DNA of 41,531 nt, taken from positions 1 to 41,531 of the forward strand of contig JAUCBJ010008465.1 of assembly GCA_032718475.1 (NCBI GenBank), given 5' to 3'. Below, piece by piece: positions 35,574 through 41,531 of this stretch. Made by a program: the position numbers and the translations under genes. The DNA is from Nemertoderma westbladi (taxonomy: Eukaryota; Animalia; Xenacoelomorpha). Under the pieces are notes generated by a model. That model worked only from the letters and a program-made list of their open reading frames with translations, was not told where the DNA came from and made no database searches. Each line of letters opens with the position of its first letter. Position 1 is the first letter of the stretch.

Positions 35574-36789
35574 TGTTCGCGCTTTCAGACCTTTGGCAGT
35601 TTAACCCGCCAAATTAGGATGTCTTCTAGATAATAAATCACCTTTAGCCTATGACAAGTATTTAATTCACTACACTAGTCGAAACCAATCTGTGCGCGAT
35701 CATTCACCCGCTGGATATACCCGGGAGATTGGGTTCGACGGCTTAACTTTATTGCTATGTAAGCCTAATGTATTATTCGACTGACAGTATTATATAATCT
35801 CTGACAATATTATTCACCTTCGGGGAATATTAACAGTTCCTTTAAGACGTGGCGCTCTATCTATACAAACAGAGTTATGACTTAAACTACTCACAACGAT
35901 ATGGCTTAGTTATAATTCACATATATGGCGCATTCTTTAGGAAATGCTTCGTTATCAGTCTCACTCATACACAATGCTGCACAATACTGCACACTGATCT
36001 GCCGATCTTCACTGATTTTAGTTACATATAAAAGGAACACGGACCGACTCATGTAGGGTCTATCAAATAACATTAGATTCACTTCAAACCACTTTAACAT
36101 AAGTCACAATCGTTATATGTAACCTTTCTCTCTTACCTTCGGTATATCAAGAATATTGGGTTTCGGGGTTATTTATCGTTATTCCAAATATAATAATTCA
36201 TCAACCATATTATGAAGAACTGACAGTAAATAGCAGTATAACAATATAAAAGTATGCACAGGTATGTTTGATTAGGTATGTTGAGTTGCATGAGTTGTGA
36301 CAATCAGTCATCAGTTTGGGTTGGATTGTTAAGGATTGATTGTTATGATAACGGATATATGTCCTTATAATTAAGCCTACTAGTGTAAGGCACAGAGAAA
36401 GAGCATAAAATTCCAAAGCCGCTCTCTTCCTGGCTTAGAATCACAAAACAACACTAAAAACTGATAAGAATAACCTTATTTACAAAGGCTTCCACCCACC
36501 ACAGAGAAAGAGCATACAGATAGGAAAATTCAGTTCAGTAGATCTGTGATAGGTCGAAATCAAAATCAACTCAAATCCTATTGGCAGATACAGAAGCAGG
36601 GCTGTGGGGCAACTTTCCCAAGCTGGTTGGACAATCAAACGTAGCCCAGATCCCTTCGCACAGCAAATCAGCCAATCAGCCGGTAGCTTGCGCTATTCGA
36701 GTTATAGATCCCCTTTTAGAGTATTCAGCGCCTGGGGGGGAACTGGTTAACAAGGCAAACGAATCAGTTATCCCACAAAAGCTTTTACA
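35574..36789 (-). repeat. 5' LTR (1216 bp)
   Basis: Direct repeat of 21143-22344; TG...CA termini. Confidence 0.97.
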
Positions 36790-37269
36790 ACCTTATTTGC
36801 TCTAAATAAATGTATATCTGCAAAATTATTGCTTGGATAAATATATATTTATGTAGAATGAAAATGTGTGTTAATATATTTCTTCTGTTTGAAAATGTCG
36901 GTTAAATATATTTCTGCACTGTGGTTTAAAACATTTCTGCAAAATCAACAAGGTGGATTTGACACGTATGTGGGTTGGAATTTGGTAATTTTTTTCTGCT
37001 TTTCAGTCGTGATTTCGACTCCGGGATTTTTTAAACGATTTTCAATCATCCCAGGCAGCCTATGACGTCACAAACTCAAAAATGTCAAAACTAAAAAAAA
37101 AAAAATTTCTGCAAAACACCGTCCAAATATTATCGAGGGTAAAAGTATCGCGATTTTATATCTAATAAAATAAAAATAAATATATTTACACGCGATATTT
37201 TCCATGTCTCAATATTTTTCACCGATACCAAATTATACCTCACATAGAGAAACTGGTTGCGATGTCAAA

Positions 37270-38410
37270 ATGGATTTCGACCAAGTAGATCAACAATAGA
37301 TCAGATACTTGCGCTACGGAGACTGATTGAAGGAATTAAGTCAAAGAATCTCCCCGCAGTCATGACTTTTGTGGACTTCAAGAAGGCATTCGACTCCATC
37401 CATAGAGGTAAAATGCTTGAAATCCTAAGACCTTAAGGAATACCAGAAGTAATTGTTGCTGGCATTGGATTGTTATATTGTGACACAGAAGCTCAGGTAC
37501 TCTCACCAGATGATGGTGAGACACAATGGCGCCATTACTATTTGTAATTGTACTGGATTACGTAGAGGACGGCCACAAAGGGTGAAGATCTGGGATTCAT
37601 ACTTCAAGAACGCAGAAGTAGCCGGCAACTACAGTCACAGACACCGACTTTGCGGATGACATCGCCCTGCTCTCTAATACGCTAGCAGATGCACAGCTTC
37701 TACTAAATAAAGTGGCGAGGGCTGCTAAGGAGGTTGGATTGCATATAAATGCTACCAAGACCGAATTCATGACCTTTAATGTTGATGGAAACTTGACAAC
37801 CATTGATAATAATCAACTAAGGAAGGTCGATGACTTCCAGTACCTTGGATCATGGATAGAGAGTAGCAAAAAGGACATAGAAGTTAGGAAAGCAAAGGCT
37901 TGGGTAGCTCTATCAAAAATGGATACCATCTGGAAATCAGATCTCTCCAGGCACCTGAAGACCAAGTTCTTTCGAGCCACAGTGGAAAGTGTATTTTTAT
38001 ACGGGGGTGAGACCTGGACACTGACTAAATAACTTGAACAACGAATTGATGGTTGCTACACAAGACTACTAAGGGCAGCCCTAAACATCAGCTGGAGACA
38101 ACACATGACAAACACCGAGCTTTATGGTACAATACCACCTGTATCAACCACCCTCCGTGAATGCAGATTAAGATTCAGTGGGCACTGCTGGCGAAGTAAA
38201 GACGTGGTCATATCAGATCTACTTTTCTGGCAACCAACTCATGGAAAGCGTAGTCGTGGACGACCGGCCATAACATATATAGATCAACTTGAAAGGGATA
38301 CTGAACTTAGGAGAAACGAAATTGCGACAACTATGGAGAATCGGGAAGCCTGGAAGGATCTCATTTCCACTATCCGAGTTCGCTCGACCTACAGTAGTAG
38401 TTGTAGTAGT
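37270..38410 (+). mobile_element. RTE-clade LINE, family B, 5'-truncated and degraded
   Basis: Matches ~14675-15850 with deletions and stops; FADD, YLGSWIESS; degenerate (TAG)n tail. Confidence 0.92.
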
Positions 38411-38712
38411 AAATAATAAAGTTCATAATCTTATCGATTCAAAATGTTAAATTCAGAGAAAAATAATATATACCAAGTTATACGTCATTATTTATAATAA
38501 ATTATATTAAATTAAAATGAGGTTACCCGCTTACAGAGGCGATTCGTAATTAAGTTACCGATGATATTCCTATTAATTATATTAATTATCGTTAATTGCA
38601 AAGGATTTAGCTCATAAAAAGTTACTAAATAATTTATTGCATATAAATAATAATAATATATTGAAACAAACAAACAAATAGATTCATAAGAAAAGAAGAA
38701 AAATAGAAATAT

Positions 38713-40602
38713 TTAAGACAAAGGAATATTGTAGGCGGAGTAAATGATATGCATGGAGAGACAGGCAGCACCGGTCCATATGGGACAAAGTAAGGCGGAA
38801 ATCAGACCGCTAATACTGCTGGTAACCGAGAAGGTTAAGTAAGTCGTGTAAATACACAACAGATTCAACGAGAAGCACAACAGGAAGATAAAACGAACGA
38901 CCGCGTAGAAGAGTAAGTCCTTAACCTTCCGAGTCCGAGGCACGTGGAGGCGTTGGGTGGCGACGTGGCCCGCGGCGAGCAGCACCGAGGGCAGCAGGAT
39001 CCCGTACTGGGCCACGCAGTACACGTAGCACTGGGTGTCGTGGATGAACACGCCGTCCACGAAGACCCCGGTGGAGAAGACGAGACCCCAGGAGTCCTGC
39101 ATGAGTTCGCAGAGAAGGTAAGGGCCGAAGGCGATCTCGAGGATGTATAAGAGGTAGGGGAGGAAGACGGAGTCGTGTTTGAATAAAGAGGTTAATCCGT
39201 AGAGGACTCTGTGGGTGCGGTGGTTAACTGGGTTGGAACGACGGAGGAACACTGAGAAACTTATATTAGCGATTAGGAAGAAGTAGAATAAGTTACGTAT
39301 CGTAAAAGTGAAGTCTGTTAGTATAGTGAAGGTTGAGCGGAGGTTGTGTAGGAGTTGGAGTCTGTGTGGGAGTGTGGCGAAGGGTTGGGTGAGGGAGTTG
39401 GTTCGGTTGAGGCGATCGGTGGCGGTTACGGTGAGGGAGTGGGTGGCGGCGGTGTAGAGAGTGGGGTCCCAGCCGCAGACGTAGAGCGGGCCCCCGCGCG
39501 CGGCTGCTACCGCGCGCGGACACAACGCGCGGCCGTCCACCGAGACGGACACAGAGATGATTGGCGCGTCGTCGAAGACGAGTACGCGGATGTGGGAGGA
39601 GCGGAGGAAGCGGTCGTAGGGGCCGGTCGCGTAGAGGCCGTGACTCGGGTTGGTGACCAACAACGCGGGGAACAGTGACGGGAGCGAGACGTCCGAGAAG
39701 GAGAGAACGTCGTGGTCGAAGGCCATGAGTCGGATCGCCCGGTGTCGGATCCAGTCGGACAGCTCGAGTTCCAGCTGGCCGCTCGCGTGCTGCCCGTACT
39801 GCCGCGGGAACAGACCGCCCACCGTGTGGAGGTGTCCGCAGAGGTAGACAGCAGCGCGTCGCATCACGGACAGCAGCTCGGAGCGGCGACTCATCAGCAC
39901 CGAGGTCGGATGGTGTCCGAACCACACCGAGCCGTTACTCGCGGCTGAGCTCTCCGCCATCGCGGTGTATCGCTCCATATCCCTGGCGCTGATCATCCCG
40001 AAGAAGTTAAAAAATCTTCGGAGCCCCGGTCGGATGTTGAAATCGACTCCGACGAAGCTGTAATCCCCGTACGGACGCCTGTAGTCCCACTGGTAGATAT
40101 ACTCGTTCCGCTTACCACGGTGACTAAACTGCGAATACATATCCCTAGCGGAACGGAGTTCAGGAACGTCGAAGGCGTCGTGGTTCCCCCGTATGTCTAA
40201 CCATTTAGTTTTCTCGGTAACTTTAGTGTCTCGCAGCAAACGACTGTAGTTCCGCCACTCCGATAGATACTGAATGCTTCCGCCTTGACCGCTCGCTTTG
40301 GCGTGGGTTAAATCGCCGGTTACTAAAACCGCGACTGGTTTTATCGCGTCGACAACTCCCGTACAGAAGTATTCGAGGTCCGCCATACTGTGCTCCGGTA
40401 GGTACCAGCTGATGTGGATGTCGGTGATCTGAACGAACCAGAAGAGGTTGTCGGCCGTGGCGCCCGGGAAGGGCCCGCTGTCGGACAGCGGGTGAGGTGG
40501 AAGTCCGACAACCGGCGACTTGTAACTCGACCAGACGCTTGAAAAAACGATAATTAATAAACTCGATGAAATTACCGCAAATATCGTTTTAAGGGAAGCC
40601 AT
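38713..40602 (-). CDS. TMEM62: Transmembrane protein 62-like (calcineurin-like metallophosphoesterase plus C-terminal TM helices), single exon, 629 aa
   Basis: ATG at 40602; N-terminal TM; NLFWFVQITDIHIS, TGDLT, WLDIRGNHD, FNFFG, WFGHHP, YLCGHLH, LELELSDW, AFDHD motifs; GPLYVCGWDP..Y; several hydrophobic helices at the C-terminus. Confidence 0.9.
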   Translation of the reverse strand: MASLKTIFAVISSSLLIIVFSSVWSSYKSPVVGLPPHPLSDSGPFPGATADNLFWFVQITDIHISWYLPEHSMADLEYFCTGVVDAIKPVAVLVTGDLTHAKASGQGGSIQYLSEWRNYSRLLRDTKVTEKTKWLDIRGNHDAFDVPELRSARDMYSQFSHRGKRNEYIYQWDYRRPYGDYSFVGVDFNIRPGLRRFFNFFGMISARDMERYTAMAESSAASNGSVWFGHHPTSVLMSRRSELLSVMRRAAVYLCGHLHTVGGLFPRQYGQHASGQLELELSDWIRHRAIRLMAFDHDVLSFSDVSLPSLFPALLVTNPSHGLYATGPYDRFLRSSHIRVLVFDDAPIISVSVSVDGRALCPRAVAAARGGPLYVCGWDPTLYTAATHSLTVTATDRLNRTNSLTQPFATLPHRLQLLHNLRSTFTILTDFTFTIRNLFYFFLIANISFSVFLRRSNPVNHRTHRVLYGLTSLFKHDSVFLPYLLYILEIAFGPYLLCELMQDSWGLVFSTGVFVDGVFIHDTQCYVYCVAQYGILLPSVLLAAGHVATQRLHVPRTRKVKDLLFYAVVRFIFLLCFSLNLLCIYTTYLTFSVTSSISGLISALLCPIWTGAACLSMHIIYSAYNIPLS

Positions 40603-41127
40603 TTCACGAAGTTCCACAGCAGTTTTATTTATTACCGGTCTGCCGGAGGCCGGTGCAACCGGTATATCGCTGTAACGGTGAGGCGGTACACAATATCCAA
40701 ATAAATTGTAGCCTACTTCAGTACTTCATGTATTTAGTCTTAGCTTAGCACAGTAGTACTTCGTACTTGTTACATAGGCCTACTTCTGTACTTTTTATTA
40801 CCTTTCTTTTTAAATGGACATCACTCTATCTGTCTGTCACTACTGCACTACCGTTAGGTGCCGCTTCCGCTTACGTGTACGTTACTTATAAGTACCGGTA
40901 CCGGTACCGTATTTGTCAATGTGATTTAAATTAAAAAGTCGAATAAATTGAAAAACAATGTTTCTGTTTTGAAGTAATACCTGTACCGGTATGTCACATT
41001 GACATAAACCGATAAAAGTGAAACTGAAACAAGTTAGAGCTGTGTGCCAAATACGGAGCAGTACAGATAGAATCTGACAGTTGTAGGCCTAGAAGATTAC
41101 ACAAAATGTGCTTTAATAATAACTATT

Positions 41128-41266
41128 TACATTATTGTGTGCAAAGTAACACTTTGTAGCTTTATGACCCGAGTTTAAGTACCGAGGGAGCGCAGCGAGG
41201 GAGGTTTACATAAATAAACAAGGATCTTTTACACGCTGAAAAGTGACCTTTGCTCACAATAATGTA
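41128..41266. repeat. Small inverted-repeat element (possible Crypton-like/MITE remnant)
   Basis: TACATTATTGTGTGCAAAGTAACACTTT (41128-41155) is an imperfect reverse complement of 41240-41266; central GAGCGCAGCGAG. Confidence 0.5.
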
Positions 41267-41531
41267 TGTAATTTTGTTACATTGTGTCAATTTATAAGCG
41301 TCCGGTATGTGAAGAAAGGATTTTATGGATACTCATTTCTACATTTAATCATGTACTATATCGAATATAAGTGAAATTTATTAAAAGGTACACAGTATTA
41401 ATTATACATTTAAATCTACTGTAAATAAAGTTTATTGGAAGTTATCTACTGCATGGATGTGATAAATCATTAACCCATCTTGACTATAGTCGACTGAAGC
41501 AAACTTATTCACCGTCTGTGTCCGTTCGGTA

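Larger units (their letters stand above)
21143..36789 (-). mobile_element. Full-length Bel/Pao LTR retrotransposon (15.6 kb), frameshifted, no matching TSD
   Basis: Two ~1.2 kb LTRs with TG...CA ends; domain order Gag-ZnK-PR-RT-RNaseH-IN with Pao-specific motifs; purine-rich tract before the 3' LTR. Confidence 0.97.

Noticed and set aside
38944-39948. Antisense and alternate-frame ORFs over TMEM62
   Set aside because: Expected by-product of high GC content.

Overview
AT-rich, transposon-dominated eukaryotic (animal-like) DNA; the species cannot be determined from the sequence. There is one intact host gene, an intronless TMEM62-like metallophosphoesterase membrane protein (minus strand, 38713-40602), plus one probable F-type-lectin-like exon near 1.1 kb. 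The rest is repeats: a ~9 kb 31-bp satellite interrupted by an RTE LINE and a hAT element; five RTE LINE copies from two families; CR1/L2, CACTA and Gypsy relics; MITEs; two tRNA-derived SINEs; and a 15.6 kb Bel/Pao LTR retrotransposon (minus strand, 21143-36789). The Bel/Pao element is the most unusual object. It has no tRNA-type (TGG) primer-binding site. Instead, the 11 nt next to the 5' LTR are exactly complementary to an 11-mer inside its own LTR, the layout of Tf1-type self-priming. It also carries a ~450-codon non-env accessory ORF with three zinc knuckles in the env position and a phased TACCGGTA array in its leader. All alignments and translations outside the supplied ORF track were done by eye.
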